Shown one piece after another: positions 50,901 through 64,000 of a stretch of DNA of 64,000 nucleotides. This DNA is from Tubiluchus corallicola (lineage: Eukaryota; Animalia; Priapulida). A model generated the notes under the pieces. It was not told the DNA's origin. It saw nothing but the letters and a program-made list of their open reading frames with translations, and did not search any database. The DNA lies in assembly GCA_030141605.1 (NCBI GenBank), contig JAQGDQ010000029.1, positions 372,001-436,000 on the forward strand, written 5' to 3'. The position numbers were made by a program, and so were the translations under genes. Positions within the stretch are counted from its first letter, which is position 1, and the number at the start of each line of letters is the position of its first letter.

Positions 50901-53900
50901 AGCACGCTAAGTTACTGCACAAAGCTAGCACTATGTTACTTGATTTTAACCCAATGACAGTTAGATATGTCGTGCAACTTTCCAAAAAATATGTGGAAAT
51001 GGTATTGGTAATATGACCAATTTGCAGCGGCTACTGAAAAAATAATCAATGATCGGAAATAAAAACCCAAATCGATTAAATCAATTAATCAATCCCACTA
51101 CTATTGCACATACTCTATCATAAAAAAATCACAAGTACGAAATCAGAAATTGCTATTTAAGAAAAAATTTCATGTTCTAAATATATATAGATGTATGTAT
51201 TTTTAACAGCATCACTTTCCATCTTGCTAAAAATAATTTCCCCAAAAAACTGCATATTATGTAATATTTTTTATAATGCTACAACTAAAAGCATGAATAA
51301 AGTGCATGAAAACAAAGCTGGCATTCACATTCATATATGCAAAGCATTATACAGTTACATATTATAACTCAGAAATTTATTTGCTTCATATCAATAGAAT
51401 TTTAAAAAAAACATTTACTCACAGGAAAAATTTCCTTTGGCTTTAGGTATTTACTCTGCGATCCAAAACCTTAAAAGTGGATGACAAATTACTAAAAATA
51501 CACAAATTATCACAGAAATAAATTAACTAATTAAACTTCATGTTAGAGTACTACAATAATTACATACGTGAAGATAAAAAGTGAAAGCAAATTGAGTGAA
51601 TATTTCTTTAGAAAAATCTATTTTATTAATTAAAGCAACATACTTGGAGACTCAGTCGCTGTTTGTGAGCCGTCGGTTAGTTTTTCACTACAGTCATTTG
51701 CATGGAAGCTGGGATCACATACACAGGTTCCATGATCACAAATGCCATGCCCAGAGCACATGTTTGGACACTTCGGCCCGATATAGACATCTTTTACAGC
51801 CCATGTAGTTCTAATGATCTCATTGGGAAACTGAATGAAACGAAATCTCGTTGTTCTGTAAGAACAACATACAAAGTACAGGCCTTTTCAAAGTACAGGT
51901 ATCGAATCACACTTGATATAAGGATCAACAAACTGTACAAAAAATAATTATAGCTTATCTACAATACTTAGCTACTAATATAAGTACAATTACATTAGAT
52001 AGCTGTCAGTGGTAATAGTGAACAGTTTGGCGAGATAAATGCAACTATTTTCAGGGCCATCTTACCACATGGACATGCGGGGCAGTTGCACGAGAGCCCC
52101 ACAAGTTTCGGACACATGCTAATCTATGTATGTTATATTTTTCAAGGCTCATGTTATATTGTTCAAACATTTGTATAGATTAATCTCTGCTACACAGCAT
52201 GTTTTTCAATGTTTGCAAACTAATTTTGCTGTAAGTACTAATACAATAAATAAATATTTTCATTTTATCAAGCATTTACATTTTTATTCCTGTGAATAGC
52301 TGTTTAAGTAGGGGCCACAGAGCACTGTTTTGCCCAAGTGCCTATATTGGTGTTAAGATGGTCCTGACTATTTTCAATTAGCTTTGCTTAGGAGTTAGGA
52401 TCATGAGAATCTATAATGATATAAGAATACTTGCAACAGGCAGCTGTGACTAAACAAATGTTATATTGATTACAGAGGAATAAATACAACTAGCCAAGGC
52501 TAGATTAATTAAATGAACAACGAAAGAAAACACAATGTAGGTACATCTAAAAGTAACTAACTGGCACTTCTGCTGGTTTAGTCTCTCATTTCAGAATATT
52601 ATCATTGATAATTAGACAGGTTATGGTCCTGTCACAACAATGTACATTAAGTACATCTACCAATGAGTGGTGGATCTCAGCTTGCAAAAACACGAAATTG
52701 CATTTAAAAAAAATTAGGCATTTCATAAACAGAAATTTGCAGCTCAAAGAAAAAGTATAATGATTCTACTTACTGTGACAGACAATGAACACTAGGCATT
52801 ACATTGTAACGTTGCCAGTCTCGTGTAGCATAATAAACACTGTCAGCTGTTGTGTCAATAGTGGAGCAGAAAGATTCAGTCGGTATGCAAGTATCTGACA
52901 CTTGATGCCATGTTAAGCCATGGTCAGTAGAACACTGCAAACTGACCGGGTTAACTTGAGCACCTACAGGTACATTACAGGCTACGTTTATCTGAAATAT
53001 GTAAAAAGAAAAGTATGTTAGATACCAGCAATCAATGTATCACTTTAAATAATTAAAGTCATAAAACGTTTGAAGCCTAACTCTAGAACTAGGAGGAAAA
53101 GGGGAGCAAAGAAGGTTAGCTTATTCGAGATGAAAAAGAGCAATGTAATATTGAGACAAACAAATAACCACGAACATCAAAAATACCAAATATCACAACC
53201 GACGAAACCGTAATAAAAATTAAAAAAGATCATCAAAAAGTTTTTATCAAAATAAAACTAAGGCTAAATTATTTTCAGCACATGCAAATAAGAAAAATTA
53301 CATCAAATTGTGATTTTTGTTTATTCAACAGCTGAGAAACAAAATATAAATATAGTATGCAAACCATAAATTGAAGCATGTAGTTTTCTCCTATATTCAG
53401 ATCCGGAGTGCCAAGCAATACTTTTTCAGATTTTCCCCTTTCTCCAGCATCCCCAATCAATGAATTGTCGAATTCTCCACAGTAGTGACCCATCGATACG
53501 TGATCATCATCAATCCAGTTGTCATGGTTACCATAAAACAACAGCGGAGCAGCTTTTTGTCCTGTACAGTAACCACGAATTTATATACAATCCTACACTA
53601 CACCATTTGTTACGTTACGATGTAGGCATAAATGCGTTAATTCAGCTTGAGGGTTGCATATAAAAAGTCACCCATATGTCGCAAAGCTTACTCAGGAAAT
53701 ACTGCAAGAACCTAAAGATGCCTGAGCATTAGCATTTAAAGTTAGTGGGTATCGGTTAATGCGCTGGAATTACAGACAAGACATATATGCATCTCGGAAA
53801 TCCAAAAAGATAGCTCCTTCAATAGCTTTAACATAAATGTGCCTTTATGTTCCTTTGATGTTATGTTCGTTTAACATGAATTAACAAATTTTTTTGTATG

Positions 53901-56900
53901 TCAGAGCATTACAATCAAAATAGCCTCTTTAGGAAGAAACTAGTCTTTTATTGCAAAATATGTTTTGCAAATTTTGATAAAAGCTGAGGGTGAAGTGCAA
54001 TTTGACATCATATTCAAAGAAACTTCACTTTTGTCCAAATAACAAATCTGCTCTCTCACCGCCAATGTATAAATTATCAATAGCCCAATCATCTTGATTT
54101 TCTCCACTATTGGTTGGCTGCCACCAGCGGAAGACCACACCTGCTTGCTGTGCTGACTTAGGAAGGTCTACAGACACAAATCTAAGTAAAAGTAATGTTG
54201 TGTACACAATCACAGCAGTTTACATTGACAGTCCATGAGTGCCAGATATTTCATGGAGAGCAAGGAACTCTCTATTAATAGAAAATATTTAGGTATAACA
54301 TAAAATATGATAAGTATGTAATCCGACATACTTATTTGCTAGTTGTTTGACAAAATGTGAAAGTAAATTTGCTGATTAAGTTATTAAATATGTAATAACA
54401 ATGTAATGACAAGGTATTACTTGAATATGTTCTGAAAGGTTCTTGACTATGGTGTTGCCCTTAATCAATTCATAAAATGAACGATGAAAGCTATACTATT
54501 CAGGTAGGATTATAATGAGCTTTATTATACCCACTGTCACTGTGAAAAATTGAAACTCACGTTAAATCTACTGCCTATACATGGCAGACCTATGCAGGCT
54601 TCAGGTAGAGATCTTAAGTTTTAAGAATCTGTGCTAACGAATATTAGTTAGTTGTTAGAAGCACATAACGCAATAAAGTACTAAGTTAAAAACTTACTTG
54701 GCTTTTCTGTACTGATCAGCAAATAATTCAAGCACATTTGTCCAGGTGGAACCACTATCTAGTGAATATTGTACAACGACATGCTCGTCTTGATTATCTA
54801 CATGACTGTAGCAACCATACATAAAGTAAAACTGAACATATTTTGTGTCTGTCAAATTCATGTCAGCAGTCATCAGAAGTCGACTGCAATTCTGCAACAA
54901 ATAAATAAATGAATGAATGTGTGAATATAAGAAGATACAAAGAAGAAGACAAAAAAGTGAATAAACAAATGAACAGAAGAAGAGACAGACAAACATATAA
55001 GCTAATAAATAAAAAGGGTAACAAAGTGAATTAACAAATGAATAAAAGGGAAAGACAGACAAATATATAAGCTAATAAATAAAAAGGGTAATGGAAATCA
55101 AGCAAACAAACAAAAAATTGTTTTGCGTTTTTTGTTTTCGTTTTACTAGTAAGACTGCAGAGAATAACTACGCAAATTATAATAAACAGAAAGAAAAGTC
55201 AAGTCACCCAACATCAAGCAGTTACTGGTAATGAATTTTTAAAACAAAACTAAACTGAAATAACAGAAGAGTACAATCCATACCATGAGGCAACCTTGAC
55301 ACATGATAAGACAAAGCCACAATACATACCTTGTAAAAGTGCAAAGCTTGACCACTAGCTACAGGACTGCAGACATCATCAACATCACCACCAATGATAC
55401 GCTTCCAGTAAATTTTGTTTGGTATTTCGTTAAACGTATCTTTAAAGCTGACTGGCAGAGACTTTAGTGGTGCTTCACAAAATTCTCCAGTCCATCCTCT
55501 ATCACAGCTATATAAAATGACAGTATATTGTAAATAAATCATCACGTGGGGGATTTATTAGTTAAATGCAGAAAATTATAAAATGAGAAAAAACTAAAAA
55601 ATTAAAAAAAAGTACAAAAAAGCACCTTCTTAGCATCGTTACATCTCCCAGTATCATAGATCAAATTTTTTAGATCTAATACTTTAAAAATAAAACTCTG
55701 TGTGCTACAACATTTCTTTAATTTCTACCTAATATGTGTGGGATTTTCTGATTATGTTTTACAAATAAAATCTCCGTTTTTAATCCACTATTGTATATGT
55801 TACGTGAAATTGAAATTTTTGCATGAATGTATGTATGCTGAGTTTCATGTTTTTGTGATACAAAACCATAGTGCTAAAAGCAGAGACTTCAGATGCCAGA
55901 TTCAGTATTTCATGGTACAGGAATTGTCATTGCTAATGTGACAGATGCTGGTCTGGCCACATCGATTTAGATTAATTAGCCCCTGCTTGGGTTGCACAAT
56001 GCCATACCATACATAACATTGCAGCTCTACTTTTCACAATTTCACAAAAGATTTGCTTTCATCAGAAATATAAAATAGTGTAGCTTTTTTGCTGTCTTGA
56101 TACCTGCAAAAACCAAAATCACAGAGTCCATGCCCATTGCACATGTAGATACATTCGTCTCCAATATATACATTGTCTATGGCCCAGGAGTCATTTAACT
56201 GATAACCAGGTGACTGTATCCAACGAAACCTTGTGCTCTGAGATCTACAGTAAAACAACAAAAAGGCATTTTATAAATTACTCAGACCACAGCATTATAA
56301 TTGAAACAAGGACTAAGATAAAGTGATCAAAATTCTACTAAATGACATTGAAAGACTGCAACAGACAAACGTTTGTATGAATGCTCTAAGAATATTAGTC
56401 ATTTTCAATACAAATTATGTTTCAGTTACGGAAATTACACAAAAGGAACATTTAGTTAAAATGGCCTAAAAGCTTTAAATGTTTGATCTAAAGCTTGCAT
56501 ACTTTTGGTAAAACATGAGAAAATTCACAGCAGACAAGCAAGAACAAAGACATTAGAGCTTTTCTAAGTTTGACTAAGATGCATGAGTCCATGTTAATTC
56601 AGTAAATGACTGCAAAGGAATTTTAATGAGCTTAATAAATGATCATTTGCCATCACCAAAAACAAAACAGCAAACACCTACCGTTAGGTAACTGTAAAAA
56701 TATAGTTTCATCACCCAGACCACATTTTAAGATCATTGTGATAGCTAATAGCTAATGCTTACTTTGTATAGGAAGGCAGTTTGATTGTAACACGATTCCA
56801 CTTATAGTAGACATCTCCTTTATAGATGGTAGGCTCATAGTAAGATGGACAGGAAGCAGTACTAGGAAAGCAACCTTTATCAACTAGTTCCCAAGATTTA

Positions 56901-59900
56901 CCATTATTCAGAGAATATTCAAGCTGAATGCCTACAAAGTCATATATATATATATACTACTGCATTTACATAATCCATTTACAACAAACATTTCATAACT
57001 TATAATTTTCAGGTACCACCAACACCTGTTGAACAATTAGCAATTAACTAGAAATGTTTAAAGTATTTTTCCATTAAAGTTGAACCAGAGAAGACATAAA
57101 TCAATCAATGAGATTAAGCCACATAAATATTTAGCACAACATTAAATTTAGGCCACATAATAGCCTTTAGAAAGTATTCACAATTTAATAAACAGTCATA
57201 AAAGATTTAAGAAAAAAATTATAATTTGCTTTACTTACTGAAACAAGAGCCAGCAAGGCAGCTCATTGCCAAGTCAAACTGCAGGTAAGTTAACTCAGTA
57301 ATTTGAACACTAGATGTCATAGCAAACCGTGCCACATCCGTCCCTGAAGTGCAAAATGAAACTAAGTTGTGAACAACGAAAATGTAGAATAACATGTACC
57401 ATCTTAAGTGGTCATTTGTATAAAGTAAAAACTATACAGAAACAGGTTTTGTGATTACTAACAAACACTAACAAGTTAGCAATTTCAGTAAATGTATAGT
57501 CATTTATATAAAACTTTCAAAAATATTAATACGATGTGGATTCATGTATCAGTTTTAAAAACTGACTAATCTGAACCAAATAAACAATGTTTAAGTTAAT
57601 ACTTTCAAAATGATTAGGCCAAGTATAGTATTCTTTATGGAACAAAAAGTAGAGTGCATTCAACGAAAATAAAACTTAGTACAATGGTTTTATGAGTGAG
57701 GAAAATCTAATAAATATTTTTTTGTTTCAAACCACAACAATTCAAGGTTGAAACTTTACATTTTTCTAACATAAGGTACCTAAGTAAATAAAATCTAACT
57801 ATACAGATGTACAACACAGCAGCCATAACTTACCATCAAATATCAAAGCACTGCTTAGTCGACTGCAATAATACCCCAACCTTGAACCTGCTTGTAAGAT
57901 CCAATTCGCAGCTTCATGAGTAGCGAAATCATCTGTCAAGGTACGCATCCCTAAATCATCACCGCCGATATAAATCTGCAATAAAAGTAACCATCATCAC
58001 CACCATGGCAATCCATAGGAAACAAATATGACTAGAGAGATTAGTTGCTGTGAAACCATGGAAATGTAGGACTTAAATATTTCTCTGGCTCTGCCAAGGA
58101 TTACAGCAAAAGCAGAACCAACAGAACTTTAAGATCCACTCACTGGGTATTAAATACAGTAAACCAGTAAAACACTTAAATTGCATAACTGGAACTATCG
58201 ACAAATTGCCGGACAGTAACCTGCTAAATTCAGTGACTACTGCCATTGTCGCACAGTAGAATCTACCACTGACCATCAAAGAGACTATATGACAACGCAC
58301 ATCTGTCTGCAATTACCACATCTCCAATTTTTCTGATGGCAATGAAAAAGAGCTATAAGCCATAGTTGGGGTATGAAATAATGCACAGTTACATTAAATG
58401 GTGTTGTCAAATTTTCAGTTCTCATTGGGTCAAATACCAAAAAAAATTAAGAATTTGAGAAATAAGGCAGACAATAAATATACTTTTGTTTCCGTCTAAT
58501 TAAATGGTGAGTATTTTTTATTGCACACAGGCTGGGAATTTTATAATTTTTTTTGTATGTTCATATACCTAAGTGACACAGTCATAAAAGTGTATTTTTT
58601 CATTTAAAATGTAAAATGCAATAATTATCATAACATCATTGTTTCGGCAAGAACACAGCCATATTTTTCTCTCAATTTGTATGATGCTGATTATCATATT
58701 GGAGGCTAAAAACTATTGTATTTTCCACCAAATCAGCATACTAATGTTGCAGAGTATTGTATACCATAATTATCAGAACATACGTTTAAACCATACAAAA
58801 AAGAGACTATATGATAATCGATAATTATACAATAATCTAGTAATGCAAAACAAGAAACTAAAAAGCAAAGCATGCAAAAATGTGCATTGCAAAAATTTAA
58901 AACATTACGCCTAACTAGTGGGAAATAAACAAACTTTGATTTTAACTGATTTTAAATATTCCATGATTCAGCTTTGAACATTCACAGAGCTTTAAAAAAA
59001 TTTTCTTCCATCGCTACAGACATTTTTGAGCTCATAAGGTAAGACAGAAACAATTTTTTTGTGGACAGCCTGATGAAGTACAAAAAAAATACAGAAGTCA
59101 GAAGTACAAATAATAATGTTAACAAATATTTGTTCCAATATGCACCTGACTGATGCTCCAATCAACAGTGTGTGTTCCATCACAGGTAGGCTGCCACCAG
59201 CGCAGTCTAGTATGAAAAGTACGAGCAATTTGTGGCAATTCCAACACTATGTAGTCACCACTGCCACGTCCGACACTTGATGAAAATGACTCCAGCATAC
59301 TCCATGTTACGCCATCCACAGAAAACTGAAACAGGATGAGACTCGTGGATTGACGTGGAGTTGCTCCACAACCGATGTTTAAAATGAACTGCACTGAGCT
59401 GAAAATTAGCAATAAACATGAATTAAAAAACGCACCTAAAAAGACACCAAGTGCTGCCCCGCATCACGGTTTACATTAAAAGTTCCTCTTAGAAATTCAA
59501 AATATATATAGACAAGTTAATGAGCCATGAGCAATATGCAACATTAGTTGATAAAATTAAACAAAAATCTAAACTGTTTTAAGTTTTGTGAAACATTTAT
59601 TCATTGTCTTTTCTCTTTTTGTCAAAATGTCCAAAGCTGAAACAGTGAACGATGGCAGGTAACATTAAACGTAACGTTTAGCTACTTAAGAGGCAAATAA
59701 TGAGCTGCTTCATGATTTCATCTGTAATAACTGACCTGTAATATCTCTGCCTGGAAGTGATAACAAAACACGCAAACAATGAATATGCATTACCTCACAA
59801 AACGAAGGTCCAGGTCATGAGAGACCAAGATTCTTTCACCAGACAGATAAAAGTGTAGTGATCTGGTTGATACATCACTGCCACATACCTCATCTATTTC

Positions 59901-62900
59901 CGCTCCACTCATTTCACTCCATCTATTTGGTTCAACTAAGTACCCTGGAGAACAATAAACACAGTGCTGTCAGCATAAACTTGTTTAAAACAAACAAAAC
60001 AGGTTGAAAGCTGTTATTTTTTGACCATGTTTAAAACAACCTTATCTTCAGTGTTTTTTGTTATTGGAATTATGAAAACATGTTAAAAAAACAAGAATTC
60101 TTAGACTAAGATGATCAATGTTTCAAATGTCTGCAGAGCAAACCAAGCACCCTAGCACCTAAATGATGACGTTTGATGTTACAGTTTCTCTAAAGGGAAA
60201 AAAAAGGAATTTTAAAGTAGTCTCAAAAAAATTCACATAAAATTATATTTCTAATGCTCACCTGTTTGAAAGATTTATGTAACAGAGAAGGAAAATTCTT
60301 GATAATTTAAAATGTTTGTGCCAGCTGGTAAGATGTCACTGGTCCACTTCCTCAGTATCACCAAAAAATGATACTGGCTCACCAAAAATATATATTATTA
60401 ATATAGCAATGTATAGTTTTGTTTAATTATTAGTGAGGTGTGCTGTACGAATGTTCTTGCTTTTTTAATAACATGTATGCAGTGTGATCTAAACTTGTTT
60501 CAGTTAGCTTTCTCAATGACTCAACGTTAAAATGGCTGTACCTAAGTAGTCCTCGTGGGAGATTAAATTTTTAACTTTCATACAGCATTGCTGCTAATAC
60601 AAGTTCAGTACAAAATAAGACCACAAGCAATACAAATTTTAAAACAATTTTTACCTTTATGTAAGAATTGTGATTTCTTATGCTTTAACATATTAAATAT
60701 TCATTTAAATGCTCTACAATGAGGTATGACAAGTAATAAAAACTAATAACAAACCAGAAAAAGTATCCTGCAGAAATTTTGCATTGTCTGCATCAGCATG
60801 TTCACAATATTGTCCAGAATAACCACTATCACATAAGCAAATATCACCATTGACACAGTAACCATGTCCATAGCAATGATACGCACACAAAGGGCCAATG
60901 TATATGTTGTCTACGGCCCATGTGGGAGGGAAACTGAAAGGAGTGTATTCCCCCTGGTACCATCTGAATCGAGCTGGGCTAGAAAGGAATATAGTATTTA
61001 ATGAAGCAAGATTGACAAATTCAGCTTTTCAAAACAAAATTGAAATAATTGAGTGGTGCTGACTTAAACTGAGTTGCTGACTAACTTCAGGTCACACAAA
61101 CCTCCTTTTTTCACAATTTTCCAAGAACTTTTGTGCACATGCAGATGTCACTTTGAACAGGTTGTCCAATTTTTAATATGCTTTCAAGAAAATGGAGTAG
61201 CTTTATGCAAGCATGACATGCAAGCAAGTTACCATAGCCAGTTCAGCGTATTGAGAAAAAGGGGCATCTCAGCCCAAACTGTTATGGAATCTGTCAAGAT
61301 GTTATGTCAAGGCTTGTTATGGAATCCATTGATGGCTTCACAAAGCGCCATTTAATAGCTACTTTTTACCGCATTCTCATTATCCTTTTGGTTTTTGCTG
61401 TTCTTATGCTATTTGAATGCATTTACATTGAAATCTGTCATGGGTAATCGTAAAAAAATAGAATGAATGCAAAACAAAGTAAATTATATGAAGGTTAAAC
61501 TTACCCACAGTAGCTTATATCATCAAGTGGTAAAGTGACTCGTTTCCAATTGCGGGAAACAGTTTTATAATAAATGCTGGGTTGTTGCTCTTCAGGCCTG
61601 CAGATAGCAGCACTGTGCTCTGCCGACAAGTGAGCGGTCTCATCAGCTGCACGCACGAGTGACCAGGTAGCGCCATCATCCATTGAGATTTCAAAACGCA
61701 CTGCATTTTCGGCATCACTACTACCTCCACAGCCTACTTTTATCTACAGGAAATTTATTTTAAATTTTTAGGTTATCATAAATTTCAGTTTTGTAAAATA
61801 TATGCCTTATACAATAGCAAATAAGTACTAAATGTCTTGCAAAGCACGAGTACCCACAAAGAAACACTTTTATCTGGGTCACCTGGGTCAGGTAACAGTA
61901 TCCACATTATAAGTGATACTTTGGCTGAAGGACATTTTATTTTTTCACTACCCACCACTAGTCCAGGATCCCCTTTTGCCAAATTACTCTTATAAGCTTT
62001 CCGCTGAATATGCTTAAATAATTATGGTAATTGACAGTAGGTGTTATAAAAACAAATGCTGTGGGTGTTGGCAAACATTTTTATTAGTATGAAAACTTCA
62101 CAAAGGAATTTCTTCAGGAAGAAATGAAGAGCACAATTTTTTGTAATTCTTAGTCTAAATAAACTGATTTTGAGCAATTTTTTATTTACTTATTTTATTA
62201 GTTCACTTATATAAAATTAGTATTCTTAAATAATTGCACATGTTTTTAAATAATTAGACATAGGAATTTTGATATTAATCCATGTCTAAAAGTCATTTAA
62301 AGCGTTTGCACTGCATTCCAGGCTGAGTGATGACTCATACATGCGTCTGAGAATTGATTCAGTCGGTTAATTGAGTCAAAACACTTTCATCCCAAAGGGA
62401 GTCTATTAAATGGCCCCTACTGTATACTGTAAATAAATGAATAAAATATAAATTGTAATGCCCCTGATGTCCTGCACTGTTTCTAAAGGATCCAGATTCA
62501 CAAATGTGAGCATTGAGTTACCTCAAACTGTACAACCGATCCTCGGTCAATCTGTATATCTCTGGTGTACATTGCTCTTTGTCCGGCAAAGCTGTCAAAC
62601 ACCAAGCCTCGGTGGTCACTGCAACATAATTAAGGCACAATCATCTCACAATATTCTCCTGAATCACCTAGAAGTGCATTTGCACACTGCAATCTCAAAC
62701 ACAGCCAGTTTTATCATTCTAGAGTTACTTATGCATTTGTAATTTACAATTGTAATTTTGAAGCCTTGATTGCTAACATTTCTACAGTAAACACTCCAAA
62801 ATTTACAAGATAATCACATTTACATGGTGCTCAAACTAAACATTGGCAGCAGCACATGGACAGCTACGATATCAAACTAAAAATCCTATGATATCACTGT

Positions 62901-64000
62901 GAATTAACATGTATTTAACTTAAATTAATATCTATTTTTCATGATACAAACTTTCTTTAGTAACTTTAGTTGACCAATTTTAAGACATTTTTAGAAAATT
63001 CATGAGCGACAAATGAGGAATGAGAATGGTTTTAGTTTGTTTTACAGAGATCTGCATGCAGCTTACGAAAAACCATAATAAAAGAACAGAGTGGTAAGAA
63101 ATTTTGACAAGATGATTTCAAATTAGACTTATTTATCAATAGTTCCGGTTTGTCAATTTAAGCTTTGACAAAAATAAAAATTTGACAATATTATATGGGC
63201 AGTTTGTTTACAGCTTCAGTTTGTCTGCTACTTCCATGGCAATAAAGCTAGTCTAGATTAAAGAAAAACCAACAAACAAAAGTTAAAGCATACTTTGAAC
63301 AGAAATAGTCAGGCCGTCCACCAGGCCAGAACATAAACGCATTCTGCTGTGGAGCTTCGTCCAAAGTATCGTATATTACGTTCGGTGGAATGACATCACC
63401 ACCAATGATAACATTATCCAAAGCCCATACATCTTTACCACTACCTAGGAATAAAAAATATGTTTAGTGAGGAATGGGACAAAATGGAGAGTAACGAGAC
63501 ACGATCAAGATAAAAAATCAGCAATAAACCATCTTAAGGTATAATTAAATGAAAAGTACTGATAGTTACAGAAAAATAAATTTTACGCAATAAAGAGTTC
63601 AATAAAAATGAAACTATGATATGTGAATAGCTGAGGGTAAAAATAATTAATAAACAGATTAATAAAAGGATGAATGGATCAATAAAAAACAAATGAATAA
63701 TTGGACAGAAAGGCAAAAGAAAGTACAGCTGGAGAAACAGACAGCTGATCAAATGAAACAAGGAAGAGAGCCGTACACATCGAATTTCATATGATTTCAT
63801 ACAAATGTTTTTCTATGTCATGAGTTCTTGTTCACAAGTAATCTCAGCTGAGTATAAATGTTGAAAATAAAACTGGCACCCACAAGACCAGCAGCCAGTA
63901 CTGTAACTGAAATAACAATACCAGTAAAAATGCTTTTGCTGAAGTGCTCAGCTTACCTCCATGGCTTGGTTGCCAAAATCTTATTCTCGAAGCGTTTGTC
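41949..64000 (-). CDS. RELN: Reelin, 3' part (last four reelin repeats plus C-terminal tail); gene continues beyond window end
   Basis: 28 exons (minus): 63957-64000, 63294-63444, 62522-62618, 61505-61743, 60755-60978, 59794-59944, 59146-59398, 57834-57975, 57239-57343, 56763-56931, 56104-56244, 55330-55507, 54698-54891, 54060-54181, 53365-53561, 52774-52991, 51644-51855, 51423-51469, 50171-50346, 49425-49531, 48383-48562, 47241-47467, 45996-46234, 45107-45264, 44497-44734, 43576-43763, 42628-42724, 41949-42063. All GT-AG, one continuous frame of about 1535 aa. Repeated BNR/Asp-box motifs (YSxDxGxTW), 'RFRWxQ...WAIDNVYIG' and four EGF modules (e.g. [27 protein letters not shown]) between A and B sub-repeats. 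Confidence 0.97.
48622..48862 (+). mobile_element. Degraded CR1-type LINE 3' fragment in Reelin intron
   Basis: Frame-broken peptide [10 protein letters not shown]...[10 protein letters not shown]...RVFDE...LKYRLDQYW, like the CR1 ORF2 end. A similar remnant lies at about 32400-32560. Confidence 0.55.
50841..50930. repeat. 30-bp tandem repeat x3
   Basis: AGCACGCTAAGTTACTGCACGAAGCTAGCA three times head-to-tail (one mismatch in copy 3), inside an AATCGATT-rich MITE-like segment at about 50659-51103. Confidence 0.95.
52052..52366. mobile_element. hAT-type MITE in Reelin intron
   Basis: TIRs CAGGGCCATCTTA / TAAGATGGTCCTG, perfect 8-bp TSD ACTATTTT (52044-52051, 52367-52374). Confidence 0.88.
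54964..55092. repeat. About 70-bp imperfect direct duplication in Reelin intron
   Basis: AACAAATGAA...AGACAGACAAA(C/T)ATATAAGCTAATAAATAAAAAGGGTAA twice. Confidence 0.8.

Noticed and set aside
50841-50930. 30-bp repeats resembling a CRISPR array in unit length
   Set aside because: Copies are directly head-to-tail with no spacers, lie in a eukaryotic intron, and there are no cas genes.
9121-64000. U12-type or non-canonical introns
   Set aside because: All reconstructed introns are GT-AG and none has the GTATCCTT U12 donor.

Overview
AT-rich eukaryotic (invertebrate animal) genomic DNA with GT-AG introns, so the ORF track mostly shows exon fragments or noise. Four protein-coding genes were reconstructed by hand with frame-consistent splice phases: (1) an intronless orphan class-A GPCR (1966-3348, -); (2) a complete 10-coding-exon CYRI/FAM49 gene (9121-18767, -, 326 aa) with about 14 kb of upstream regulatory/5'UTR region; (3) a 4-coding-exon Borealin/CDCA8 gene (36588-40119, +, 263 aa) preceded by a canonical CDE/CHR cell-cycle element; (4) the 3' part of a Reelin gene (28 exons, 41949->64000, -, about 1535 aa, last four reelin repeats plus a divergent C-terminal tail), tail-to-tail with Borealin. 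Non-coding DNA carries non-autonomous DNA transposons (hAT/Charlie, pogo, P-like, other MITEs), LINE and SINE remnants and short tandem repeats. I see no clear new multi-gene system. The best leads are a Reelin that appears to keep the dimerisation cysteine but lacks the vertebrate receptor-binding lysines and basic tail, and a MITE nested antisense inside its own family member, forming a TTCGAA-rich hairpin next to the Borealin promoter.
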